A DNA stretch of 58,074 nt from Lama guanicoe (lineage: Eukaryota). Of this stretch, positions 25,886-36,820 are shown one piece after another. Below the pieces are notes generated by a model, which saw only the letters and a program-made list of their open reading frames with translations, did not search any database and was not told the DNA's origin. The first letter of the stretch is position 1. Each line of letters begins with the position of its first letter. The stretch is from assembly GCA_013239625.1 (NCBI GenBank), contig MU053754.1:310001-368074 (forward strand), written 5' to 3'. Made by a program: the position numbers and the translations under genes.

Positions 25886-26149
25886 GCAGCCATCACCTTT
25901 ATCTGGCATAGAAGCAGCTTGATAAACTTGTAACTGCTACGCCTCCGAGATTATCGATGACTCCGCGCAGTTCTGGCCGAGACTGGCCAGGAGTGAATGC
26001 GCGGCTGCCGTCCTGGTGCAGTGCAGCAGGCGCCAAGCCCTCTTCAGAACTCTGTGCTGGAATGAAAATAATTGAGAATTCTCAACAAATTCCTTGTTCC
26101 TTTTCTTTAGGGATTTAATTTTTAAATGCAAATTCTGTGGGAAATGATC

Positions 26150-26640
26150 TGTCTTATCTCGGCTTCACTGGAAAACAGAGCCTGAGGAAAGGATTATGTT
26201 CAGGTGTTTTATATGGAAAGTGCAGAGTCGGTGGGGAGGGAGGGGGAGGACGTGAGGATGAGCAGGAGGCTGTGTGACTGCACCAGCTTCTACTCCACAA
26301 CAGATTGTGCCGATACATAGATTATCTCTTGCATCTCATTATAGATAACAAGATGGCCTAGAGGATCAGTTGTGCTCACTCAGCCTGGTGAGCTGTCTGT
26401 GGACAGAACAGAGAAGCCCCCGAGTAAAGGGAAAAGCAGAAGGAATGCATCTGTTGCATGCCCTTTTGTGTTCTGTCTCCCATTGGTGTAGAAGGGTCAC
26501 TTCACATTGTAGAACTTGCGTTACCGCTTAGCCAGGGGGAGGCAGCGACTCCAGGCGATGTCTCCTTGGTCCCATTCTCACATAGAGTTGTTCATCCACT
26601 GCAGTGACTGAAGTAGAACAAGAAGTCGATGGTCCAGGAG
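26150..26640 (-). mobile_element. ERVL-type LTR (LTR16/LTR33-like), degraded
   Basis: tgtcttatctcggcttcactggaaaacagagcctgaggaaaggattatgttcaggtgttttat; right end uncertain. Confidence 0.5.
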
Positions 26641-26733
26641 AAACACACAAGGTTTCAGAGCTAAATAGTAGATCTCCAAGTTTTAGTGATCACTTACGTT
26701 TTAGTTGTCAATGGGATTAATTAAAGAATTATG

Positions 26734-27107
26734 TTAAGTGAAGTAAGCCAGAAAAAGAAAGAAAAATACCTTATATCACTCATATGTGAAATCTAAAAAC
26801 AGAAAGGAGACAAACAACTTAAATATAAAACAGAAATAGACTCACAGACATAGAATACAAACTTGTGGTTGCCGGGGAGGGGAGGGGAAGGGACAGACTG
26901 GGAGTTTGAGATTTGTAGATACTGACAGGTATATATAGAATAGATAAACAAGGTTATACTGTAGAGCACAGGGAGATATAGTCAAGATCTTATAGTAGCT
27001 CATGGTGAAAATAAATATATGTATGTTCATGTATGACTTAAAAATTGTGCTGTATACCAGAAATTGACACAACATTGTTAGCTGACTATAACTCAGTTAA
27101 AAAATAA
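26734..27107 (+). mobile_element. Young camelid L1 3' end with TSD
   Basis: ttaagtgaagtaagccagaaa...agcacagggagatatagtcaagatc...ccagaaattgacacaacattg; perfect TSD taaagaattatg at 26722-26733 and 27108-27119. Confidence 0.93.
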
Positions 27108-27170
27108 TAAAGAATTATGCAGTCAGGTTTTAAGAGCCAGACTTAGAAATGCTGCACATCATTTTTTTAA

Positions 27171-27245
27171 CCTTCCTTCCATCCATCCATCCATCCATCC
27201 ATCTATTTATTTATTTATTTATTTATTTACTTACTTACTTACTTA
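27171..27245. repeat. Compound microsatellite (CCTT)(CCAT)n(TTAT)n(TTAC)n
   Basis: Directly visible; adjoins the SINE poly-T. Confidence 0.95.
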
Positions 27246-27267
27246 TATATTGCTTCTTTCTCTTTAG

Positions 27268-27358
27268 TTTTTTTTTTTTTAATGGAGGTACTGGGGGTTG
27301 AACCCCGGACCCCCTGCATGCAAAGCATGTGCTCTACCACTGAGCTCTACCCACCCCT
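27268..27358 (-). mobile_element. Camelid tRNA-derived SINE (Vic-1-like)
   Basis: ttttaatggaggtactgggggttgaaccccggacc...catgtgctctaccactgagctctacccaccc. Confidence 0.92.
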
Positions 27359-28385
27359 CACGCCCATCTCTTCTGACTATGTTCCATTGTCCAGAACCAC
27401 AGCAGGTGTTATATGGCCCCACCTAATTGTAGGAGTGTGGTGCTGGCTTTGTGCCTGGATGGAAAGTCCAACGGGGTTTGGAGTTATCCTTCTGCAAGAC
27501 CAAAGTCACACTGATGATAGCCGTGCTTTGAACCTCTGCACTGTACTGTACAGTTGTGGAATAAAGACTTTACGATTATTGGCTAAAAGTCCCGTTGCAT
27601 CCCTGGGTAATATCCTTTCGTAATTGGGGAACTCTGTCCCGTGTATGTGGCCTTATATAAAAGAGTGTTAATGATCTTAGAGAGGGCTTAGGGAAGACTA
27701 TTAAAGAAGATTAAAGGGATAAATTACATGCAAATAGATGAAAGGAACTGGAATTGATTAGCCCAGATTAAACAATGACTGAACAGGAGAGATTTTCAAC
27801 TCAAGATAACTTTCAATTTACCTTCCTCCTTTCCAAATCCAATGAAAATGACCAACACGTATATAATGAAAGAATAATTTATTTCTGAAAAGTGGCAATT
27901 GGTGCTTCTCATGTGTGAAATACAGATAAGGAAGAAGGACGGTTTTGTTAAAGGGCAGTTCACATGTGAAGGAAAGCTTCACCGAGGCATACCCTTTATA
28001 AGGCAGAAGGAGAGAGCTGGAATCGAGATGAGGCTGAGGGCAGACAACACCGGGGAGAAGACAGTGCCCGTCTCGGGGCACTTTGAAAGGGGGAGCAAGG
28101 TGGAGCACAATCCTTGTCCTGGGGTCCTTGCCCAGTCTGTGTACGTTAGGACAGAGTCTTTGCAAGGAGGGGCCGCCACGCTCCTCCTGGGCTAGCTGCT
28201 GTGTTAGCTGCAGGCAGTGCTCTCAGCTCCATCCACCTGTCCACAGCCACAGCAGACCAACAAACGGCTCTCCACCAGATAGGCTGCCTCTGTCGACAGC
28301 AGCCCCCAAGTCCATAGCCCTTCTGACTCCCAAGGTACCATGGCTTTGGCCATAGAGAGAAGTGAAGTTGCAGAAAACCTGATTT

Positions 28386-28490
28386 GGAGGGGAGAGTAGA
28401 GCTCAGTGGTAGAGCACGTGCCGTGTATGCACGAGGTCCTGGGTTCAATCCTCAGTACCTCCATCAAAAAAATAAACAAAAAAAAAAAAC
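28386..28490 (+). mobile_element. Camelid tRNA-derived SINE (Vic-1-like)
   Basis: gagctcagtggtagagcacgtgccgtgtatgcacgaggtcctgggttcaatcctcagtacctccatc plus poly-A; degenerate TSD aaaacctgattt / agaactcgattt. Confidence 0.92.
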
Positions 28491-28999
28491 AGAACTCGAT
28501 TTGTCTTTTTCTCCCCTTTGTATGAAAACTGAACTACCTAAGTTGGGAGCCACCTAAGGTAGATCAATGCCCAGCTCCCCAAACAGAGAAACGGTAAGGC
28601 AAAAAATCAGACACTGTCTTCCACAGTGATGAGCGAACGACATAGTGACTGTCTAGATATTTAAATGCCCGTAAGAAATCTTCTCAAGGGCGTTGTCACT
28701 AGAATTTGAGGGATTATGAAACAAGAGCAGTCATGGGAGGATAGATCAAGGATGGGAGAGATTAAATGGGGATGGTGTCTGAATATTTAAAATTACAATT
28801 AGAGCGGGGAAGTGTTCACTGGGTACTTAAAAAGGGTGAATTGGAAGGTGAAATCTAGACATTATCCTATTATTGAGATTTAAAAAAAAATAAAGAGGTA
28901 AAATTGGTGAGAGGAAGTTGTGTTACAGAGGGAAGCCCAGCGTGATTATAACAGGATGAAGTTAACTAGCATTCAGGCATAACAGAGCCAAAGGCGTCC

Positions 29000-29700
29000 A
29001 AGGAGGGGACCCTTGGATGTCATAGTGAGCCAAACAATGAATGGCACCCCTGTGTTCTGCTGATTTTCCTCCTTAACGTCAACCTGAGAGAAAAAGAGCC
29101 TATAAGCTTTCTGACAGGGTAAAAATATTAATGGACAAATGGTTGAAAGGAGGAAAATAATCAGACTTCTCCCTTTGACAGTAAATTCCAGAACACAATA
29201 TGGCAGCAGATAGGATTATGAGAATAGATGATTGTGGCATGAGGTTTCAGTATTCATTTAAGACACTCAATGTATAAGGGTAATAGAAACATGTTCTTAA
29301 AGAGGATGATGCTTATAAAGTTCAACGGCCACAGTTTTGTCCTGAAAGCTACTTCAGGAAATTCTGCGACTTCTGGATATTCATGATAGGTCAAACGGCT
29401 CCTTTATGAACGTAGTTTTTCCAACTCCACTAATAAAATTATGGAAATAAAGAATATATAGTTCCATAGGGATGAAAACACAGATAAATAATGACACAAC
29501 TGGGCACTGATGGGTTAAATTTTTTTTGGAAGTTAAAAAGCGTGTGGATAAATCATAACTTATGAAACAGACCAAAGTTGAAACTCTTGTGCAAATCAGC
29601 TTGCCTCCTTCAGGATAAGATAACCCCCAAAGGCTCAAAATTTAGATAGAAAGCTACCTCCCCAGGTAAGGGTAGAAGTTGGACTAGAAGTAAGATTGGT
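29000..29700 (+). mobile_element. Ancient L1/HAL1 ORF1-region fragment
   Basis: aatcagacttctccc...aaattccagaacacaatatgg and A-rich L1-like composition; highly diverged. Confidence 0.4.
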
Positions 29701-29854
29701 CAGAAGATTGTATATGAAGTAGGAAGATTTTTTTTAATCACCTCGTTTCCGTGACTCCCCTCTGTGATTCTGGTAAAAATCTAGGATACATTTATTATAA
29801 ATTTACTCCCTGAAATCTCTGAACCAGAGGTGCTCTTGATTTGAGACAGTAATG

Positions 29855-30177
29855 CAATGAGGTTTCACTGAAAGTCTGTATAAAAAGCAGTGAGTCCAGT
29901 TACATGTGTATTAGGCTGCTTGAATTTGTCCCACAGCAAATGGAGGCTCTTATTCCTTTTTAGTTTTTTCTCTCTTTGTATTTCATTATGTATAGTTTTT
30001 GTTGCTACAGCATCAGGGTTGCTAATCTTTTCTTCTTCTGCAATGTCTAATCTTCTGTTCACCTGATCTCCTGTATTTCCATCTCAGACTTTGTAGTTTT
30101 CTTCATAAATGCAGTCTGGGTCATTTGTACATCTTCAGTGTCATTGCCTCACTTTGCAAACGTAGAGATTACAGTTA
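29855..30177 (-). mobile_element. L1 ORF1 remnant
   Basis: ORF 29865-30062 (NRRLDIAEEEKIS...LWDKFKQPNTHVTG) resembles the L1 ORF1p coiled-coil/RRM junction. Confidence 0.8.
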
Positions 30178-30191
30178 ACAGTAACTTTTAA

Positions 30192-30353
30192 AATACATAT
30201 TTTTATTGAAGCATAATCAGTTTACGATGTGTCAGTTTCTGCTGCACAGCACAATGCTTCAGTCATATAGGAACATACATATGTTCTTTTTCACCGTAAG
30301 TTACTACAGTATATTGAATATGGTTCCCTGTGCTGTACAGTAGAAACCTGTTT
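30192..30353 (-). mobile_element. Short camelid L1 3' end inserted into an older L1
   Basis: ttttattgaagcataatcagtttacgatgtgtcagtttctg...gttccctgtgctgtacagtagaaacctgttt; TSD acagtaacttttaa at 30178-30191 and 30359-30372. Confidence 0.88.
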
Positions 30354-30779
30354 CAGTTACAGTAACTTTTAATGTTTTATTCTGTTGTTAGTTACAGATT
30401 AGTTTCTATTCATTGGTTTTTCTATCATGTTGTTCCTCTGCTTCTTTCTGGAAATTTTCTTCGGTTCTATCTGATACATAAAAATGGATGAGAGATAAAA
30501 GTGTGATTTTTAAGGCTATCATCATCATTAGTTTAGTCTTGTTTCATTCATGAATATTGAGATAATTACCCCTGTAAGAGAAGTAATTGCTCGAAAGCAC
30601 ATACATTTCATCAGCTAGGAAATGTCTACCTGTGTCACTGTAGCCCACACAGTACCCCACAAGGCATTTAAAACTGAATTATCTTGCATGACTGTTTATT
30701 TGAGAGGGAACTATTTTACTTGTACATAAAATCCTGTCCCCTTTCATTCATTCAAAACTGCTTGTATGCTGCAGGTGAA

Positions 30780-30824
30780 TATCTTTGTCTTTTGACATCC
30801 TCAAAATGTCAAAAGACAAAGATA
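30780..30824. repeat. Perfect inverted repeat, 19-bp arms and 7-nt loop
   Basis: tatctttgtcttttgacat-cctcaaa-atgtcaaaagacaaagata. Confidence 0.97.
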
Positions 30825-31063
30825 CGTCTTATTCACAGAACAGCATCAGTAAAATGAAGAACCATATAGGAAGCTGAAATAATTTCAAATCAGGATAGAG
30901 ATCTCTAAAAATACATTCATTTTGATCTTGGAATAAAGAACAGCTGAACATAGTGGTTGTGGATTAGTAAAATTTATAAGGCTGGATGATATATCTTTAA
31001 ATCACCAGAAGAGTATTATAAGATACGACGTATCTTTTGTCAAAAAAGAAAAGCACGTTGAAG

Positions 31064-31114
31064 GTCTCTCTCTGTCTCTCTCTCTCTCTTTTTCTCTCTC
31101 TCTTTCTCTTTCTT
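31064..31114. repeat. (CT)n-rich microsatellite
   Basis: tctctctctgtctctctctctctctttttctctctctctttctctttcttt. Confidence 0.9.
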
Positions 31115-31435
31115 TACATTTTGCCAATGATCAATTCAATTTATTTGGATACAGTCAAGGAAAGTATTCTTTCTAAACAATGTTTGTACATAGGATGGAT
31201 ACTGTTCTGTTGCTTTTTCTCTCTTGTCTCTCCTCTGCGGTCTACAGGGATTTCCTTGTCTGGGATCCTTCAGTAATTTGTGTGGTGGGGTTTGGATGGG
31301 AGGCAGTGCCAGGGCATGTCTTCTCATGCCCCAGAAATATCCACCCACTCTTTTATTCACTCACCTCCTGGAGAGTGACACCACGTCCTTCTCACCTCTC
31401 AGGGTCTTATTCTTGCAGTTCTGTATTAAGCCTTC

Positions 31436-31493
31436 CAGTCTCCTCACATCCCTTCCTTGTCAGTCTCCTCACATCCCTTCCTTGTCAGTCTCC
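31436..31493. repeat. 25-bp perfect tandem duplication (2.3 copies)
   Basis: cagtctcctcacatcccttccttgt at 31436 and 31461, partial copy at 31486. Confidence 0.95.
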
Positions 31494-31499
31494 ACTTCC

Positions 31500-32480
31500 T
31501 TGATCATTTTCCCCCAACCTCATACTTTATTCTTTCAGTCTTCCTCTTGTAGCGCTGACGATTTTGATTTACAACATAGCCTGCGTCCCCTTCTCCTTCC
31601 CTTGAGGTTACACAGCTTTTTCTTTTTCACCCCCATTACCTATTTCTCTGCTCTGGCTTGTTGATTTCTCACTGGTGAACACAGCTGTCGAGTCCCCTGT
31701 AATATAGGCTACATGCTTCTCACGTCCACCCTTTCTCACGATTTGTGTGTTTTTTTCATGTTTCCTATTTTGTTCTTAAAACCAAAAGATGCCCCCACCC
31801 CTCCTCATGACCCACCCCCAGCTGCCCTCTCCCCACAACCCACTCACCTCTGCCTCTCTGCCGTTTCGTTATCCATGCGTTCATTTAGGGGCCTTTTCTG
31901 CAGCCCTATTTACCAACCCTAATTGAGACTGAGTGGGTATTTTTTCCTGTTCATTCTCTCCAGAGACCAGCTTTCCGTTCCCGTGGTCCATATGGAGCTA
32001 GATGTCTGCGCTTTGGTTGTAGAAATGTAAAAAGTAACGTGTATAACCCTGAGAATCTTGGTGTCAAAATCTAAGAACTGTTTCTATGCAAAGCAAAGCA
32101 GTCTTCCCTCTGCTCCAATATTTTCTTTGCTTGTAAATTCTCCAGGATTCGGAGTAGAGATGCTGTTTTCTTTCCCTTACTCCTTCGCTGAAGCGATGAT
32201 AGAAACCATTCTTATTATCTGCAAGAAAGTCAGCTGTTCCTACTACTAGATGATTTCCCGTGGTTTGCTCTCAGTCCCTCCACTTCCATTCCATTTCCTG
32301 CTCACCCCCAACCCCTCACTCTCAGGTCTTTGCTCACTACCCCTAGTCTGTAGATCAGCTCTGTGCAATCTCAAATGTTAAATGTGAATGGTGAACCACA
32401 CGCTCTTCTTCAAACCTTTTCTTCCTGTACCCACTATTTTAAAATAGTTCTGAAAAATCTATTTCCCCATCTGTGTTAAA
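31500..32480 (+). mobile_element. Probable degraded L2 fragments
   Basis: Pyrimidine-rich stretch with gcaatctcaaatgttaaatgtg...aaacctttcttcctg-like L2 motifs. Confidence 0.4.
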
Positions 32481-32551
32481 TTTGTCGTCTAAAATGTTCA
32501 TATGCTGAGCACTGGCAAAGTATTTCATCATCAGTGTCTTATAACATCTGT

Positions 32552-32722
32552 GTACGTATACATGTATCAGGTACGTAATACATGTATCAAAAACACATAC
32601 AGTACATCGTACGTATACATGTATCAGGTACGTAATACATGTATCAAAAACACATACAGTACATCGTACGTATACATGTATCAGGTACGTAATACATGTA
32701 TCAAAAACACATACAGTATATC
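32552..32722. repeat. 57-bp minisatellite, 3 near-identical copies
   Basis: gtacgtatacatgtatcaggtacgtaatacatgtatcaaaaacacatacagtacatc starting at 32552, 32609 and 32666. Confidence 0.97.
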
Positions 32723-33269
32723 AGATGTATTTCGGTAGACCTATTGGGCCAGCAGATTCAGATCTCCTGGTGGAAAAATGTACATTCCATAATGAACCTT
32801 GCAAAACTAGTCATCAGTTGTCATGGTCTGATCAAAAATAGAAACTGGACCTATCATTTATCAAAAAAAACCCCGAGATTCCATTTTTCAGTTCAAATAA
32901 ATATGTTGATACTGTGCGGGAGCACTGTCACTGTAAATGTTGGAGGTGGTTTGCTCACTGAGGCAGTTTGTCCTCCGGTGAGTATGAGGAATGAGGGGTG
33001 TGATCGGGATGCGGAGTTGCTCAGGGAACGATGGCCAGATTGTTGATGCCACTTGCTTACTCCACATGGCGCTTTGGGAGGTGGCTGGGAGTGGGTGTCT
33101 GTCTCGGTCAGATCTTTCCTCTGAAAGACAGACCTGAATTGCCACTGATTCCGTTTGGATGTCCCATTGGCAATGTGACCTGCACTGTCCCCTGGGTAGA
33201 GGTTCCCGCCCTCCTTCTGGCCACCCTGACATCCACAGGAATAGCTCAGGAGATACTCTGGCTAGGTGG

Positions 33270-33510
33270 TCACGGTCAAGCTCAAAGTCAAGAGGAGGGT
33301 CATTACCAGTGTAAGTCAGGTTGTGACTCTGTCTCCCGGGATACAAAGTGAGCAGAAAGGCCCTTCACCTCTGTCTGCAACCCAAACCCTGCCTAATCAT
33401 GAGAAAAACATCAAACTCAAAAGAAGAAATGTTCTGCAAAATACCTGTCCACTATTTCTCACGGCTGTCAGAGGTATGAAAAACAAGGAATGTTTCAGAA
33501 ACACTCTGTA
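33270..33510 (+). mobile_element. L1MC-like 3'UTR fragment
   Basis: cctaatcatgagaaaaacatcaaactcaaaagaagaaatgttctgcaaaatacctg...tgtcagaggtatgaaaaacaaggaa. Confidence 0.7.
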
Positions 33511-33514
33511 TTAA

Positions 33515-33653
33515 GACTGTGGATGGCCCAGCCAAGCCCCTGGACACTGATTCAGTGGGCCTGGAGCAGGTCCCGGGAATCAACCTGTGTATCAAGCTCC
33601 CGGGGAACGCTGATATCCCGGGTCTGAAAAGCACGCTCTGCGCAACAGTGCTT
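33515..33653. mobile_element. MER5B-like MITE
   Basis: ctgattcagtgggcctggagcaggtcccgggaatc...caagctcccgggga. Confidence 0.7.
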
Positions 33654-34099
33654 TCTGAGATCACCCTGGCGGACTTCCCTAGGCTGCATGGTCAGAGAGG
33701 GGGGTTTCGCTCACTTCCGGAAAACGGTGCTTCCTGCTTTACCCTCCTCATGCATCCCTGTGTTCTGAAATTGCTACCAGATTGTCTAAAATAAAGCAGG
33801 CTGCTGTGCTGGGAAGTGGCACTGTACTTCATTGCAAGAAATATTGAGTTGAAGGAAAATCACTGAACAGAAATGTGAATTCAGAACAGAAGACTTTGGG
33901 TGAGCATGCAAGACAGCAAAGTTGGGAGGGATGTATTTTTCAGACAGGGTATAGACACTTGAATCTTATGGAAGTATTCAGCAGTGATTTCCTGCAGCAC
34001 ATTGAGAACTCACACAGATAAAAGCTGTAGGAACAATGCAGTGAAATGAGGCATCGTCTTACATAAGCACAGCTGAGTGATCTAAATCAGGAACTTTAC

Positions 34100-34430
34100 A
34101 CGGATTCAAAACTCTTCTCTCTCTAGACCGATTCAGATGCTGCCAGTTGTAAGAATGAGGTCCCGATTATCCTTCAGCTGCCCTGTTTCTTTAGTCTCTT
34201 TTCATCTGGAATAATTCCTCAGTCTGTCTTGGTGTGGCCGGACATTGACACTTTTGAAGAGCCAGGTTAACTGTTTTGCAGAATGTCTTTAATGTAGGCT
34301 TGTCTGATCTCTTTATGGTTACATTCAAGCTAGGCTTCCTTTATTATCTTTTTGGGGTTAGGCTTTGTTTTTTTTTTAATAAAAAGTTGTAGTATACGGA
34401 CAGTGTACTTACTTTCTTAGCTCAAGGTCC
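34100..34430 (-). mobile_element. L1MC/ME 3'UTR fragment
   Basis: tttagtctcttttcatctggaataattcctcagtct...gacattgacacttttgaagagccagg...ttttgcagaatgtc. Confidence 0.75.
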
Positions 34431-34717
34431 CTACTGGGATGGAAGATGATGGCTAAGCAGTGCTGGAAAGCTTTCAAGTTGAAATTCTGAATTTCTATAA
34501 GATGAAAGAGTTCCATGAGGGATAACAGAATTGTGTATGGTGGGAACCTTTATCTGTATTTCCAAAGTATGTCTTTTTGTTTTTTCAAATTTTATTCTGT
34601 CACCCTCTGCCTTTTTCTGTGCTACCAATTTGTTGGGGAAGGCACGTCATTGACTGTAGAATACCTACATTTTAGATTTTGAAGGATGCTTTTTCCCGGT
34701 GTCTTGGAGGTGGGGGC

Positions 34718-34910
34718 ATTAATTGAAGTACAGTTGATTTACAATGTTGTGTTAGTTTCAGGTGTACAGCAAAGTGATTCTGTTTTACATATATATAGAT
34801 TATTTTTTATATTCTTTTTCATTATAGGTCATTATAAGATACTGAATATAGTTCCCTGTGCTCGACAGTAGCACCTTGTTCTCTACCTGTTTTCTGTGTA
34901 GCAGTGTCTG
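34718..34910 (-). mobile_element. Short cetartiodactyl L1 3' end
   Basis: aattgaagtacagttgatttacaatgttgtgttagtttcaggtgtacagcaaagtgattc...gaatatagttccctgtgct. Confidence 0.9.
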
Positions 34911-35004
34911 AAAAGTGATTGGCATCATCTTCCTGTTTGTAATGATAGCATTGACCATCTCTCGAGCGCCTCTCTTAGGTCAAGAACTTGATAAACAGCA
35001 TCTG

Positions 35005-35215
35005 AATCTCAGGACTGTGAAAATCAGAATTCAGGACCCAGACAAAAATCACATTCACCTCTGCCTCTTTCTGCCTGTAAGAGCTCAGGTGTGTGAATTA
35101 ACCTTCTTAAGACTCAGCATTCATATCTGTAAGACAGTGATCATTACAAGACCTCCTTTACAAAGTATTTGTGAAGAGGAAATATTTTGAAAATCACATG
35201 CATCTAAAAATCTTA
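35005..35215 (+). mobile_element. MIR SINE
   Basis: ttaaccttcttaagactcagcattcatatctgtaagacagtgatcatt...gtgaagagg. Confidence 0.65.
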
Positions 35216-35580
35216 ACAGGCCACCTTGTTGGGTCCTATCATGCAATATGGTTATCAGCAGTAGGGTAACCTATCAGCTAATTGCTTTTCCTGTTCATGA
35301 AACGTGGACCTTTGACAGTAGACTAGACACTTAGGGTAGCTAATTCCCTACACGGCTGGCATAAGACGTTCCTGATGTCTGCGCCAGACCTGTGGTCCCT
35401 GGCACACTGCTGAACTCCTCAGTATTTCTCAAAGGGAGTCTCACACCACCGTGAGGAAGATTCATCTGTTGGCTATTCTTCTGTCTCCGTGCCATGGAAG
35501 GAAGAGCTCACTGTGTATGGATGCTCAGGAAAGTACCGCATGTCTTTGTGAAACCTGCACAGGGATCATATTTTAACTCT

Positions 35581-35830
35581 CAGCTGTCACTGTAGATGGG
35601 CTGCTTTTATGACAGTAATGGCAGCCCTGAGTTCATGGCGAAATAACGCACCTCCTGCCAAAGAGGAGGTCGACTCCCTAATAGCTATTCTTAGGTGTGC
35701 CCGCCCGCTCATAAAGGGAGACAGGAAATCATCCAGAGATCACAGAGATTGCTTTATGGCCGCGGCCCTATAATTAGCCTTGTCGAATGATGCCTTCTGC
35801 CTTTTGGGTCTGAATGAGACATCCGAGTAC
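35581..35830. promoter_or_regulatory. Candidate enhancer with homeodomain (HOX/CDX), TALE and ETS motifs
   Basis: CAGCTGTCA 35581, TTTTATGAC 35605, TAATGG 35616, TCATAAA 35709, CAGGAAAT 35722, TTTATGGCC 35753, TAATTA 35771; no repeat recognised, CpGs retained. Confidence 0.4.
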
Positions 35831-36820
35831 TTGAACTGAACGCTCACTGCTGAACCTCGTCTCCTGTCAGAGCCGCTGGAGAGTGCATTTCATTTGCTCC
35901 CTTTTGCAAAAAGGCCTTGCTGTCAAGATACCTCTGGTGTCTTTGCCCTTCTTGTGCTAGGAATGGGCCTCACTTCAGATGAAAAAGCCACAATTATATC
36001 CGTTTGGGTGTAGAAGAGGGGTGAGGGGAAAGGGAGATGGAGAGAAATCTCTGCTTTCAAATGCTGCTTTTGTGGTAGCTATCTTGCTTCGCTTTGAGAT
36101 GATTGTGCAAAACTGAGATTATGGAGGGAGACCTCAGTGTTTATCCTTCAGTCAAGAATTCAAGAGAATCGGGAAATGCATACTTAATAAGAAACAAGCC
36201 CATGAACTTATGTTCTCCTTTCTTTAAAGTCCGGTGACTTAACTTGGTAATTTTACATTTTTGGCTATTTCTAGACCTGACTGTGGTTTTAGGCAGATAG
36301 TTGCTGGGGGGCGGGGGATGATTTTGAGGTCCGTATTTCTTTGATTTTTAATGTTTTCTTAGTACCATGCTGCATCTTGTAGACGACTTGGGAACAGACA
36401 CACATACACATCCCCATATTTATTTTAAAATCTGTCTACATTAATGGAAAAGATAAAGTATAACAGAAAACGAGATTAAAAACTTGTTTTAAACCCCAGG
36501 ACATCTATAATTCAATTCACTCTTTTAAGTATTTTGAGAAGATGTCATAAGCTGTGTCAATATATCGCAATTAAGTTCTGTTTCACTGACTCTAATTCAT
36601 TTACACTATGAAATCTCTGATGTTTCCTTAATTGATGAATCTTGTATTCACTTGAAATATACATGAATTACTTTTATTTATATTTGAACTGCCACTGACC
36701 GCGTTTGGATTTTCATTTCATTAAGTGGAAGTCTAGCATTCCGTTACAGCAGAAGTCTGTGGGTTTGTCCCAATGACTGCCTGTGGGGGTGAATCACTTA
36801 GAATTTACCCTGTGTCTTGC

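Noticed and set aside
26230..26250. G-quadruplex candidate ggtggggagggagggggagg
   Set aside because: Only three runs of three or more G, located inside a degraded LTR; unremarkable.
28386..28490. tRNA genes here and at 4324, 17841 and 27268
   Set aside because: A and B boxes are present, but poly-A tails, non-tRNA 3' ends and mutual similarity identify them as tRNA-derived SINEs.
32502..32738. Repeat-containing protein (YVYMYQVRNTCIKNTYSTS x3)
   Set aside because: An artefact of a 57-bp tandem repeat staying in frame; no splice or promoter support.
32888..33346. Longest ORF (152 aa) as a gene
   Set aside because: No recognisable domain, overlapped by opposite-strand ORFs, and partly within an L1MC-like fragment.
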